41,710 nucleotides of DNA from Macrostomum lignano (GCA_002269645.1 NIVC01002912.1:1-41710), one strand, 5' to 3'. Counted from the first letter of the stretch, positions 1-11,804 are shown. Numbers and translations: made by a program. Notes: generated by a model not told the origin, from the letters alone.

Positions 1-1065
1 TTATAAATGGAATTTAGAGTGCCATAGAAGCTTAGAAATGGAACATCATGGAGCTTGAGAATGGAACATCATGTAAGCTAGAAATGGAACACCATGGAAG
101 CTTGAGATTGAACATCATGGAATCATGGAAGCTTGAGATTGAACATCATGGAAGCTTGAGATGGAACATGGAAGCTTGAGATAGAACATCATGGAATCAT
201 GGAAGCTTTGAGATTGAAAATCATGGAAGCTTGAGATATAGCAACCATGCAAGCTTGAGATAGAACATCATGGAATCATGGAAGCTTGAGATTGAACATC
301 ATGGAATCATGGAAGCTTGAGATTGAACATCATGGAATCATGGAAGGCTTGAGATTGAACATCATGGAGGCTTGAGATGAAACACCATGGAAGCTTGAGA
401 TGGAACATCATGGAAGCTTGAGATGGAACATCATGGAAGCTTGAGAGAATCATGGCGAACATCATGGAGGCTTGAGATGGAACATCATGGAAGCTTGAGA
501 TGGAACATCATGGAAGCTTGAGATGGAACATCATGGAGGCTTGAGATGGAACATCATGGAAGCTTGAGATGGAACATCATGGAAGCTTGAGATGGAACAT
601 CATGGAGGCTTGAGATGGAACATCATGGAAGCTTGAGATGGAACATCATGGAAGCTTGAGATGGAATAATGGAGGCTTGAGATGGAACATCATGGAAGCT
701 TGAGATGGAACATCATGGAGGCTTGAGATGAAACACCATGGAAGCTTGAGATGGAACATCATGGAATCATGGAAGCTTGAGATTGAACATCATGAAGGCT
801 TGAGATGAAACACCATGGAAGCTTGAGATGGAACATCATGGAATCATGGAAGCTTGAGATTGACATCATGGAGGCTTGAGATGAAACACCATGGAAGCTT
901 GAGATGGAACATCATGGAATCATGGAAGCTTGAGATTGAACATCATGGAGGCTTGAGATGAAACACCATGGAAGCTTGAGATGGAACATCATGGAAGCTT
1001 GAGATGGAACATCATGGAAGCTTGAGATGGAACATCATGGAAGCTTGAGATGGAACATCAGGGAA
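1..1065. repeat. Minisatellite, ~23 bp unit ATGGAACATCATGGAAGCTTGAG (runs off window start)
   Basis: Directly visible tandem copies with variant units. Confidence 0.95.
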
Positions 1066-1621
1066 GCTAGAAAAAAATCATGAAATATAGAAATGGAGAA
1101 TTATAGAAAATAGAAATAAAACATCATTTGAGACTGCTAAATTATCGACTCCACTCCCAAAAGGAGTTTCCCAACTTTAACTAGACTCTTGATTCTTTAA
1201 CACGAAATATAGTGATCTAAGAGTTGGGAATGAAAAATATTCTTTCTCTTATTCATCAAGCAAAACCCACAAGTTCAGTACACAATAAATTGAGTGCTCA
1301 GCTCGTATCAGTCATTTAAATTTCTATAAAAGCATGGAAAAATTAAAACGTTCTCATCGACCTTTTGCCCACCTAGTCAGCCAAACCTTAAAAACCGGTA
1401 TATATATTTTTATTGTTGGTTAAGCGGTGACCCAGTCAGAAAAAATATTCCAGGCCAAAAATGATATAAATGTTCCGTGGCGAGAATGTGTGGAGAGTTC
1501 AGCAGTAAATGAACGCTAAAAAACAAATTTCTATGAATGAAATAAACTCTTAAACCTGGCAGAAAGATGAACAAAGTAAATTCTTAAAGACTGAGAAAAT
1601 GTCACTAGCACGGCACCGCGG

Positions 1622-3311
1622 TCAGTAGGCCGAGTTGGCCGGACTGCTATTGACGGCGTCAAACGCATCAAACAGCAGCTGCTGCTGCTGCTGCTGCTGC
1701 AGCCCGCGCGGCCCGCCGGCTTTCCACCCTGAAGTCGAACGTCGCCCATGTCGCCGGGCGCGAACTGCTGCTGCTGCCTGCCAGCGCTGCTGGAGTACAT
1801 GTGCTTCACCAGCTCGCGCTCGAAGCTGTTCAAGTCTTCGGAGCGCTCCTCGTCTTCGTGGTCGGCGGTTTCCGTCTTTTCGTTGCCGGCGTAGGGAGAT
1901 CGAGACGACAGCAGCTGCTGGCGGTGCTGCTGAAACTGCTGATGCTGCTGCAGTTGCTGCTGTTGAAGCATCTGCTGCATCAGCTGAGGCGGCATCTCCT
2001 GGCCCGGCATGCCGGACTCGTCAAAGTCGGTCATGATGTCGGAGCTGCCGGTAGGAGGCTGGGCGGCCGCCTGCTTCATCCGCGGCATGCGCGCTGCTGC
2101 TGGCCTGGATGTAGCTGTTGAGCGAGGGCGGCTTGCTGAACGGCTGCCGTTCTGCCGCACCGCGCAGGAGGGCGCAGTCGTCGCCAACGCTGCGCAGCTC
2201 GGAGGCGGGCACGCGCCCAGCTCCTGTCAGATTGATGGTGCTGTCCTGCTCTTTCTCGTTGATGATGCTGATGTGAGTCTTGATGGCCAGCAGAGAGTCA
2301 GTTGGTAGGGCGACATTCTCCGGCAGGCAGCTGAAGATCTTCTGCAGATGCTCCACAGGCAGTCGCAGAAACGTTTTTCGCCACTTGGTGGCTGTGAGGG
2401 CTCGGCGAATGATGTCGGCCAGGGAGTTTCATCGGGCCGTTTTTAACCTTGCAGTGCATGCGGTAGTACAGGCCCATCAGCAGTGCGATGGCGCAGTCCT
2501 GGTCCATGATCATGGGGTCCAGGCTCTGGATGCGGGCAACAAACCCGGCCTTGGTGTCGGGCGTCGGCTGCAGCTCAAGGAAGCAGCGGTTTTTGAACAG
2601 CGTCTCCAGCGCGCTGATCAAGTTGTGCGACTTGCGACACTCCGGGTCCTCGTAGTACGCCACGCGGGCGATGCGGCGGAACAGGCTGATCTTCTGGCCG
2701 AACCCGTCATCGTCCAGCACCTGCGGCTGCCAAATCTCCGGCCGAATGGTGATGAGGCTCTCGAGCAGGCTGCTGATATTGATGTTGAGCCGCGTCTTCA
2801 TAGTCTCGGTGCCGTAGTGGAGAGTGTCGCGATATTTGAATACCTTTTGGCTGGCCTTGCTCTCATAGTGCAGCTCGAATGGCCGGCTGATGTCCAATGT
2901 CAGCGCCTGTCCGTCCTTCATGAACGGCGGCGCCACGCTGCTCAGGGAGCTGATGGCCTCGTAAAACTCCCGCCTGATGGCGACGCACACGGGCAGGATC
3001 TCGACAATGTCGCCGCCGGCAACGCCTCGGCTGAATACGTCTGTGGCGAAGCTCTTCTGGTGCCCATGGTTGACTCCGCTGCGCAGGATGATCTCCACCG
3101 ACTTCTCCTCCTTGAGGTAGATGGCCAGACTCAGCGGGTTGAGGTACAGCACGGCGTTGCGGTGAAACATGGACTGAGAGTCGCGCGAGTCGTTCCCGAT
3201 GAGGTCTGGCTGGTCGGCGATCTGGAAGATCTGCTGGAACAGCTCGGGCCTCTCCTCACCATGGTGGTGAGACGGTGGTGCGACCTGCCACGGATCATGT
3301 TGATCATCCAT
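1622..3311 (-). CDS. Unrecognised protein with two degenerate ankyrin-like motifs, a possible SOCS-box-like segment and a Gln-rich C-terminus; frame broken by ~3 single-base shifts
   Basis: ORF 2298-3500 contains NPLSLAIYLKEEKSVEIILRSGVN and ILPVCVAIRREFYEAISSL. Protein-like sequence continues in ORF 2021-2356 (SLADIIRRALTATKWRKTFLRLPVEHLQKIF) and ORF 1531-2187 (MTDFDESG...QQQQ). GC-rich codon style. Acceptor-like TTTCAATTAG|CAG at 3450-3445; first in-frame ATG at 3311. Boundaries are inferred. Confidence 0.6.
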
Positions 3312-3709
3312 TTCGTGTACGGGTGATGGCTGCGTAGGAACGGTGGTATGTTCAGGTGCGAGTTGGGGAACTGCGGCGGCAGCGGGCAGCTGGTCATCGT
3401 TGCTGATCGGCGGAATGCAACTTGGCAGTACTGCGGTTTGCAACCTGCTAATTGAAATTATTTTAATTATAAATAAAAGATCAAAATTATATGGCTGCAT
3501 TGTTTAAACAGCTGCTGACCATAGATGCAAAACCGGGTACAGTGCAGCAGCCTCGTGTGCTACGCTTGGGCAATGCGTTTAAGCCATAGAATTAAGCTCA
3601 TTTACATTTATTCTGCTAGTATAAATAGCGACGACTCGTCACTGCGGGGAGAAATATTTCAATGCTATTTGATACCCGTCACTGGGTTCGACTCCGGATG
3701 CTGTCACGT

Positions 3710-3724
3710 TAACTAACTAACTAA

Positions 3725-3777
<53 letters not shown>

Positions 3778-3896
3778 GACTAACTAACTAACTAACTGAC
3801 TAACTAACTAACTAACTAACTAACTGACTGACTAACTAACTGACTAACTAACTAACTAACTACTAACTAATAACTAACTAACTAACTAACTAACTG

Positions 3897-3943
<47 letters not shown>

Positions 3944-3967
3944 GACTAACTAACTAACTAACTAATG

Positions 3968-4006
<39 letters not shown>

Positions 4007-4039
4007 GACTAACTAAGTAACTAAGTAACTAACTAACTG

Positions 4040-4081
<42 letters not shown>

Positions 4082-4126
4082 GAACTAACTAACTAACTAA
4101 CTAACGAACTAACTAACTAACTAACT
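3710..4126. repeat. (TAAC)n tetranucleotide microsatellite
   Basis: About 100 tandem CTAA units with occasional CTGA/CGAA variants. Confidence 0.97.
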
Positions 4127-4514
4127 TAAGTATCAGCCATTATTTAAATAAGGTGCTACCTAAAGCTCATTCAAAGTGAACTCTCAAAAAATCAAATAAC
4201 AGTTGTATAAAATCCATTCACATAGCATTTTTTAATGAGCTGGGCGAAAGCACAGCGACTCAACGAGTCACAGACAAAGTTGAAATTTGGAATATCTTAT
4301 GCTAAATTTATTGTTTATTTTACAGAACCAATTAGCTTTACAATTACTGGAATGCGAAATTTTACCGCTAAGCCAGCAAAAATAGCTTTTGCAAATTCAT
4401 GGTCTACTACAATTAATCACCATAAACTCTGGGCACCTAATTTTGGCCGTAAACTGTGAAATTCAGTGATGTGAGGTGTTAAAAAACTTGTCAACATCGT
4501 GCCAAAGGCTGGAC

Positions 4515-5429
4515 TAGATATGGTACTGTCAAGCCAGATATGGAACTGGGAAGCTAGATATGGAACTGTCAAGCCAGATATGGAACTGGGAAGCTAGATA
4601 TGGAACTGGGAAGCTAGATATGGGACTGGGAAGCTAGATATGGAACTGGGAAGCTAAATATGGAACTGGGAAGCTAGATATGGAACTGGGAAGCTAGATA
4701 TGGAACTGGGAAGCTATATATAGAACTGGGAAGCTAGATATGGGACTGGGAAGCTAGATATGGATCTGGGAAGCTAGATATGGAACTGGGAAGCTATATA
4801 TGGAACTGGGAAGCTAGATATGGAACTGGGAAGCTAGATATGGAACTGGGAAGCTAGATATGGGACTGGGAAGCTTGATATGGAACTGGGAAGCTAGATA
4901 TGAGACTGGGAAGCTAGATATGAGACTGGGAAGCTTGATATGGAACTGGGAAGCTAGATATGGAACTGGGAAGCTAGATATGGAACTGGGAAGCTAGATA
5001 TGGAACTGGGAAGCTAGATATGGAACTGGGAAGCTAGATATGGAACTGGGAAGCTAGATATGGAACTGGGAGGCTAGATATGGGACTGGGAAGCTAGATA
5101 TGGACTGGGAAGCTAGATATGGAACTGGGAAGCTAGATATGGACTGGGAAGCTATATATGGAACTGGGAAGCTAGATATGGAACTGGGAAGCTAGATATG
5201 GAACTGGGAAGCTAGATATGGAACTGGGAAGCTAGATATGGAACTGGGAAGCTAGATATGGAACTGGGAAGCTAGATATGGAACTGGGAAGCTAGATATG
5301 GAACTGGGAAGCTAGATATGGAACTGGGAAGCTAGATATGGACTGGGAAGCTTGATATGGAACTGGGAAGCTAGATATGGAACTGGGAAGCTAGATATGG
5401 AACTGGGAAGCTAGATATGGAACTGGGAG
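4515..5429. repeat. Minisatellite, 20 bp unit ATGGAACTGGGAAGCTAGAT
   Basis: About 45 tandem copies visible. Confidence 0.97.
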
Positions 5430-5523
5430 GCTATAAGTGAAGCAAGGCAAGTTTACCCACACTAGAATGTCACACTGAGACGCACGAAGAGCATTCTTAA
5501 AATCAGCAAGCAAACATGCAAGG

Positions 5524-6081
5524 TTAGACATCGGCGCTGAGCAGAGCGGACTCAAGCACCCGCTGCCTGCCGGGATGAATGGTGACCCATCGGGGCTCCA
5601 GCGGGTCGGCAGAATAGCCGTACACCACCAAGGAGCCACGGCAGACGGCCACAATCTCGCGCATGCAGTCCTCGTTGATCAGATCGGAGACCAGCAGGCG
5701 AAGGATTCGCAGAGCCGGCGCGAACACCGACTGCGGCGCGGCAGCTCCAGCTCTTCGAAGTCTTCGTCTCCGCCGCTGGACTCGCCGTCGTCGTCTGAGT
5801 CGTCGTTGTCGTTGCCGACGTAGGAGGAGTTCCCGTCCGGCGACCGTTCGCCACCGGCGCCACCGCAGGCGGCGGCAGCGACGGAGGCTCGTCGGCGCCA
5901 TCTGGCTGCCCGCTCGGCCAGCCGCAGTCGCAGCAGGGCGAGAGTCCGGCGCCACGATGGCAGGTCGTGAATGATGGGCAGGAATGGCCGGCTGGTGATC
6001 TGCTTCAGGCCGCTGAAGTCCGCCTCCTGCAAGCTCGGACAGGCGGCCAGCACGGAGGAGACGCCGCGGTCTGTGACGAAC
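5524..6081 (-). CDS. LRR protein, exon 3 (terminal); one frameshift near 5740
   Basis: Acceptor CCCGCTCGCAG|G at 6082. The phase-2 junction joins ...DVSFNP to FVTDRGVSSVLAACPSLQEADFSGLKQIT. The C-terminus LRILRLLVSDLINEDCMREIVAVCRGSLVVYGY...ADV* lies in the shifted frame. Confidence 0.8.
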   Translation of the reverse strand, partial: VRHRPRRLLRAGRLSELAGGGLQRPEADHQPAIPAHHSRPAIVAPDSRPAATAAGRAGSQMAPTSLRRCRRLRWRRWRTVAGRELLLRRQRQRRLRRRRRVQRRRRRLRRAGAAAPQSVFAPALRILRLLVSDLINEDCMREIVAVCRGSLVVYGYSADPLEPRWVTIHPGRQRVLESALLSADV

Positions 6082-6124
6082 CTGCGAGCGGGACGCGTTT
6101 TCTTAGAAACGGGATGGTCTACAG

Positions 6125-6695
6125 ACATCTATGCAGCTTTCTAGTGTCCATAGATCTAAACGGCAGTATCTAGTGTCTATAGATCTAAATGGTGGTATCT
6201 AGTGTCTATAGATCTAAACGGCAGTATCTAGTGTCTATAGATCTAAATGGTGGTATCTAGTGTCTATAGATCTAAACGGCAGTATCTAGTGTCTATAGAT
6301 CTAAACAGCAGTATCTAGTGTCTATAGATCTAAACAGCAGTATCTAGTGTCTATAGATCTAAATGAGAGTATCTAGGGTCTATAGATCTAAATGAGAGTA
6401 TCTAGGGTCTATAGATCTAAATGGTGGTATCTAGTGTCTATAGATCTAAATGGTGGTATCTAGTGTCTATAGATCTAAATGGTGGTATCTAGTGTCTATA
6501 GATCTAAATGGTGTTATCTAGTGTCTATAGATCTAAATGGTGGTATCTAGGGTCTATAAATCTAAATGAGGGTATCTAGTGTCTATAGATGTAAATAGTG
6601 GTATCTAGTGTCTATAGATCTAGCTCGTAAATGAGAGTATCCAGTGTCTATAGATCTGTGAAGTGTACACTGCTTGCCTAACGGAGTGTACATCT
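6125..6695. repeat. 29 bp satellite (GTCTATAGATCTAAAYGGCAGTATCYAGT), first block
   Basis: Tandem copies visible; degenerates toward 6695. Confidence 0.95.
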
Positions 6696-6698
6696 TAA

Positions 6699-7929
6699 CA
6701 GTAGAAAGACCATAGGGGGTGTATTTCAAATACACACTTTTCCTTTGTCTGGATCTCCGAAAATATTCAACCAATTGCCATCAAAATCCAGAACACGGGC
6801 TAAAATTTTCCGCTCTATTCGATGAAGCAACTTCGAGAATCACGAAAAATCGGCATCGTCGAGATATTCAACGATTCTCCTCGGGTGTCCGGTGGCAAAA
6901 ACCACCAACATTGGAAAATTTTTTCTGCTAGCAAAATCTCACCATGAAACCACGTCGGCTCAACAAACTATGCATATCAGGCGCAGGGACCTTCTCTCTC
7001 GGCATCCCAGGCAACAGGGTCCCCCCCATCACCGTCTGGAGCATCGGCGGCGACCGTCGGGACCTTCAACAAAAGCACCCGATCGGCATCTCAGAGACAG
7101 CTGCGCTCCCAAAACTGAAATGAAAGAATCCACGTCTGCATGCAGCATTCAGTCAGTAGTCAGCCTTGATAGAAAAATCACGATGTTGGCGGTGTCAGCT
7201 CGTCGGGGCCGCAAGGTGCACTCCGTTGAAGGTCCCGAAGGTCGTCCAGACAGAGCTGAATGCTGAACATGGTACAAAAGCACTGTATAATACGCAGACA
7301 TGTCTGGTTTGGTGCCTTGATAAAAAATCACGATTTTGGGGTGTCAGTTCGTCAGGGCCGCAATGTGCACTCCGTTGAAGGTCCCGAAGGTCGCCTGTAT
7401 GTCTACAGGTCAGCCTAGAGGGTCGCCATCGTCCATTTCATTCACCGATTGTGACTACTGACTGAACTCCGCATGCAGACGTGGATTCTTCCATTTCAGT
7501 TTTGGGAACACAGCCGTCTCTGCGATGCCGATCGGGTGCTTTTGTGGAAGGTCCCGACGGTCGCCGTCGATGCTCCAGACGGTGATGAAGGGGACCCTGT
7601 TGCCTGGGATGCTGAGAAAAAAGGCCTCTACGACAGATGGACCCAGATTATTGAGCCAATATGGATTCACCATAAAGGTTTATACAGTGTAGTGTTGGTT
7701 GTCCTTGCCACCAGTGTCTTCGACAAGAATCGTTGAATATCTCGACGATGCTGACGTCGGATGACTTTGAAAGTTAATTCGTTGGAAAGGGGGGAATTTT
7801 GATCCATGCGGTGGACTTTTACGAAAATCGGTAATTCGGTTTGCGAGCTATCGTGAAATGGGTCGTGTGTATTTGAAATACACCCCGTGGTCTTTCCCTA
7901 TGGGGAAAAATAGCGTGCTCTTTATTCTG
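6699..7929. mobile_element. Non-coding foldback/TIR element (~1231 bp): long imperfect inverted arms, CAG...CTG termini, TTAA flanks
   Basis: TTAA at 6695-6698 and 7930-7933. Termini CAGTAGAAAGACCA vs reverse complement CAGAATAAAGAGCA. GGGGTGTATTTCAAATACACAC at ~6716 is inverted at ~7866. Arms 7003-7162 and 7452-7615 are near-identical inverted copies. The spacer holds two ~85 bp direct repeats. Confidence 0.75.
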
Positions 7930-7933
7930 TTAA

Positions 7934-8181
7934 ATGTCAGCATTTAGTGTCTAGATTTAAACGGTAGTATTCAGTCTCTATAGATCTAGACTGTGGAGAC
8001 TTCTAGTGTGCATAGATCAAAATTGTAGTGTCTAGTGTCTATAGATCTAAATGGTAGTAGCTTGTTTCAATAGATCTAAATGAGAGTATCCAGTGTCTAT
8101 AGAACTAAATGGCAGTATTTAGTGTCTATAGATCTAAATGGCAGTATCCAGTGCCTATAGATCTAAATGAGAGTATCCTGT
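7934..8181. repeat. 29 bp satellite, middle block
   Basis: Same GTCTATAGATCTAAA unit, more degenerate. Confidence 0.9.
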
Positions 8182-9857
8182 TTACCAGCAGACTACGCTG
8201 GAACATACGTCCTCTGCAGCTCTACGGCAGAGATATTGCCTTCGCGCACCAGACCAGATGTCTCGGGGTCACACTTGACCACCGGCTCAACTGGTCCTTC
8301 CACGTGAAAGCAAAAGCCAAGCGTGCCTCAGCCATCCTGGCCCAGCTCCGACGAGCACTTGGCACTTCTTGGGGTCTATCCCCAAAGCGGCTTTGGTGGA
8401 TCTATACTTCCGTAGTTAGACCTGCCATTACGTACGCCTCTGTTGTCTGGGTTAGCGCTACCCAGGTCAAAAGCCATGCAGACCTGCTCAACACGATCCA
8501 AGGCAGAGCGTGTAGGCTTATCTGCAACGCCACCAGGTCCACGCCCTTTGCTGGCATGGGGGCCTTCCTTAATCTACCGCCTCTTGACCTCTTCGTCAGG
8601 GGTGAGGCGGCTAGATCGACGCGGCGTCTAATTGATGCTGGCGTCAAATTCATTCACATGAGAGCACCTGCTAAGCGGAACCTTGTCCCGCATAGCGACC
8701 TGTGCCTCAACTTTCTCAACGAGTGTCAGGCCAATCGCGTCTTCACCGATGGCATTGCCTCAACGCTCAACCTGAGACAGCGCTACTCCGTAGCTATCGA
8801 CTCGCGCGATAACATCAATGACCAATGGAACCTTGGTGAGCTTCATTGCTACACCGACGGTTCTAAGCAGTCAGCCAACACCGGCTTTGGTGTTGGAATC
8901 TTTCTGAACGGGAGGGTCATCGCTACCCACGCTCAATACACTGGGTCAACTCCAGTGTTTTCGAAAATGAAGTTCTGGCCATCAGCTCCTGCACTGCAGA
9001 GCTTCTCGCCACTGGCGTTACTGGTAAGAACATCATTTTCCATTCGGACAGCCAAGCTGCCTTGCACGCCATCAGTGGCTGCAGCACCAACTCTGCTACA
9101 GTCCTTGACTGTATCAAACTCCTCAATGTGTTGGGTTCCGCCAACAAAATTACCCTTAAGTGGGTTCCGGGGCATGTGGGGATCCGAGGAAATGAGCTGG
9201 CTGACACCCTTGCAAAAGTTGGTGCCTCCGGCTCCTCTCTCGGCCCCGAACCTCTTGTCCCGATTCCTGGCTGTGTCATCGACTCGCGCATCAAAGCGTG
9301 GATCAGGACTCAGCACCGCTCGACTTGGGCGAACCGCACGGAACTGCAGGCAATCCAGAGGCGCTGTCCCTCAGCCCTCTCACCAGCTCCGGAAGCTCCT
9401 CTTGCGCCTCTCGCGCAGAGACATCCGGGCTGCCACCATGACCCTCTCTGGTCACGGCTGCTTCTCCAGGCACCAGTACCTGCAGGGCAACGCCACCAAC
9501 GCCACCTGTAGTTTCTGCAACTCAGGTGACGAAACCGCTGAGCATTTCGTCAGCATCTGTCCCGCCTTCACGCGGGCCAGACTCACTTACCTCGGGCCAC
9601 ACACATCTATTACTGAAGCGTGCAAACCCGAAAACTTTAATCAGCTCATGCGCTACCTTCGGGCCACCCGCAGGGCTGAACTCTCCTTTCCAGAGAGCAC
9701 TATAGCTGCTGGCGACACTGGGGACCTCCCTGGGCGGCGCCAACCCTCCGTCCATAGCGACGCGTCGGCCGTTCAGGGATTTGCGGAATGGGCGCCCGCG
9801 CCTTCCCGCTGTGTCCCCTCCGGGACAGCCCTGCAGCTAAGTCAAGTAAGTCAAGTC
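8182..9857 (+). mobile_element. 5'-truncated non-LTR retrotransposon with RNase H (LOA/Lian-like): RT thumb region, RNase H, CCHC finger
   Basis: TRCLGVTLDHRLNW and WGLSPKRLWWIYTSVVRPAITYASVVW. RNase H motifs YTDGSK, HSDSQAAL and KWVPGHVGIRGNELAD (middle part in the frame of ORF 9062-9511). CSFCNSGDETAEHFVSICP. Target duplication ATCCTG(T) at 8175-8181 and 9858-9864. Tail AAGTCAAGTAAGTCAAGTC. Clade call comes from motif memory. Confidence 0.88.
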
Positions 9858-10662
9858 ATCCTGTGTCTATAGATCTAAATGGCAGTATCTAGTGTCTATA
9901 GATCTAAATGAGAGTATCCTGTGTCTATAGATCTAAATGGCAGTATCTAGTGTCTATAGATCTAAATGAGAGTATCCTGTGTCTATAGATCTAAATGGCA
10001 GTATCCAGTGTCTATAGATCTAAACGGCAGTATCCAGTGCCTATAGATCTAAACGGCAGTATCCAGTATCTATAGATCTAAATGATAGTATCCAGTGTCT
10101 ATAGATCTAAATGATAGTATCCAGTGTCTATAGATCTAAACGGCAGTATCCAGTGTCTATAGATCTAAACGGCAGTATCCAGTGTCTATAGATCTAAACG
10201 GCAGTATCCAGTGTCTATAAATCTAAACGGCAGTATCCAGTGTCTATAGATCTAAACGGCAGTATCTAGGGTCTATTGATCTAAACGGCAGTATCCAGTG
10301 TCTATTGATCTAAACGGCAGTATCCAGTGTCTATAGATTTAAAAGGCAGTATCCAGTGTCTATAGATCTAAACGGCAGTATCCAGTGTCTATAAATCTAA
10401 ACGGCAGTATCCAGTGTCTATAGATCTAAACGGCAGTATCCAGTGTCTTCTATAGATCTAAACGGCAGTATCCAGTGTCTATAGATCTAAACGGCAGTAT
10501 CCAGTGTCTATAGATCTAAACGGCAGTATCCAGTGTCTTCTATAGATCTAAACGGCAGTATCCAGTGTCTATAGATCCAAACGGCAGTATCCAGTGTCTA
10601 TAGATCTAAATGGCAGTATCCAGTGTCTATAGATCTAAACGGCAGTATCCAGTGTCTATAGA
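9858..10662. repeat. 29 bp satellite, third block
   Basis: About 27 homogeneous tandem copies. Confidence 0.97.
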
Positions 10663-10698
10663 CATTATACAACCGCTAACAACAGACCGGCAACTCAC

Positions 10699-11490
10699 GG
10701 GTTGAAGCTGACGTCAAGCTTTACCAGCTGCTGCAAGTTGGCCGCCACGCTGAACATCAGCCGGTCGGTGACCAGTCGGGAGCCTTTGATGAAGGACAAA
10801 TCCACCGATTCCAGTTTCCGACAACCGGAAATCACCGCCTCCAGGTCGGTGCCGTCGGCCAGGTTGCACCGGCAGGCGAAATGGCGCAATTCCAGCAGCT
10901 CCGAGCCGATGGCGCGGCAAGCCTGCGGCGTCAGCCGGGGACACCAGTTCAGCGACAGGCAGCGCAGTCGGTCAGCCGCATCAGCGAGGCGAACAGCTGG
11001 CCAGCCTGCTCATCGGCGAGTTCTTCCCAGCCGTCAAGATGCAACGAGTGCAGCTGGTTGAGCTGGCCAAGGAATACCAGATTGACTGGCTCAGTGAGCA
11101 GCAGCTCGCTGAGATCGAGGCCGCGCAGTTCGACAAGTCGGCAGAGCGGCTCGGCGATGCCAGCCAGCTGCAGGCGGCAGCAGCGCAAGTCCAGCCACAC
11201 CAGGCCGGGGCAGAGGCTGCACACGGCGGCCAAGTCCGCCTCCGTGAGGCCATCAGAGCTGGCCAGACTCAGCGAGCGAAGGCAGCGGCCGCGCAGGGCG
11301 CAGAGCTGCAGCAGAGACTCCCGAGCTGAAGACCAGGCGGTGCAGAAGGCCAAGTCCAGCTCCGCCAGGCCCTGCTCTGCATCCGGTTCTTCATCATCTG
11401 AGCCAGAGTCTTCTTCATCACTGTACTCATCTTCAGCTTCGTCGGCGCAGTCAATCAGCTGATCTTCATCATCTTTGGCGTCTTCGAAAT
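10699..11490 (-). CDS. LRR protein, exon 2, 3' portion (downstream of LTR insertion); frameshift near 10970
   Basis: Acidic tract EDAKDDEDQ...DEE, then Cys-containing LRRs (LRSLSLASSDGLT, LVWLDLRCC, LHSLHLDGWEEL, LESVDLSFI, LVKLDVSFNP). Donor CC|GTGAGT at 10698. Confidence 0.85.
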
Positions 11491-11804
11491 TGTGACATTG
11501 TGGCGATATGCTAGTGTATTTTTATTATTGCAATATTATGCTTTGTGCATTCTTAGTTAGTTAGTATTTGCGTGCGCGCTGATTAGCTAGTGTGTTTCAG
11601 TGCATGTGCACTGCGTCGGGTTGTTTGCGTTTTACGCGTGGCTAGCATGGTGGGGTCTGAGCAGTCAGGCTAACCACCCTCTTTAGTCCTAGGGTTGATG
11701 AATAAGAATAAACAAGTCATATAAGAGCCCAGTTGTGTGTACTGGCTCTCCACGTTCAACTTTCCTACGCATTCACTACAAGCCTTTAGCTTCAATATAT
11801 TACA
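11491..11804 (+). repeat. 5' LTR (314 bp)
   Basis: Begins TGTGACATTG, ends TATTACA; identical by eye to 15819-16132; contains AATAAA. Confidence 0.97.

Noticed and set aside
2280-3326. 348 aa plus-strand ORF
   Set aside because: Antisense shadow of the minus-strand gene; no motif, and the codon pattern fits the minus strand.
3685-3695. tRNA B-box-like GGTTCGACTCC followed by a (TAAC)n tail (tRNA or SINE)
   Set aside because: The T-stem does not pair properly, and there is no convincing A-box or cloverleaf.
3710-4126. (TTAG)n as a telomeric repeat
   Set aside because: It is an internal, tetranucleotide repeat lacking the G-run of TTAGG/TTAGGG telomeres, so it is treated as a microsatellite.
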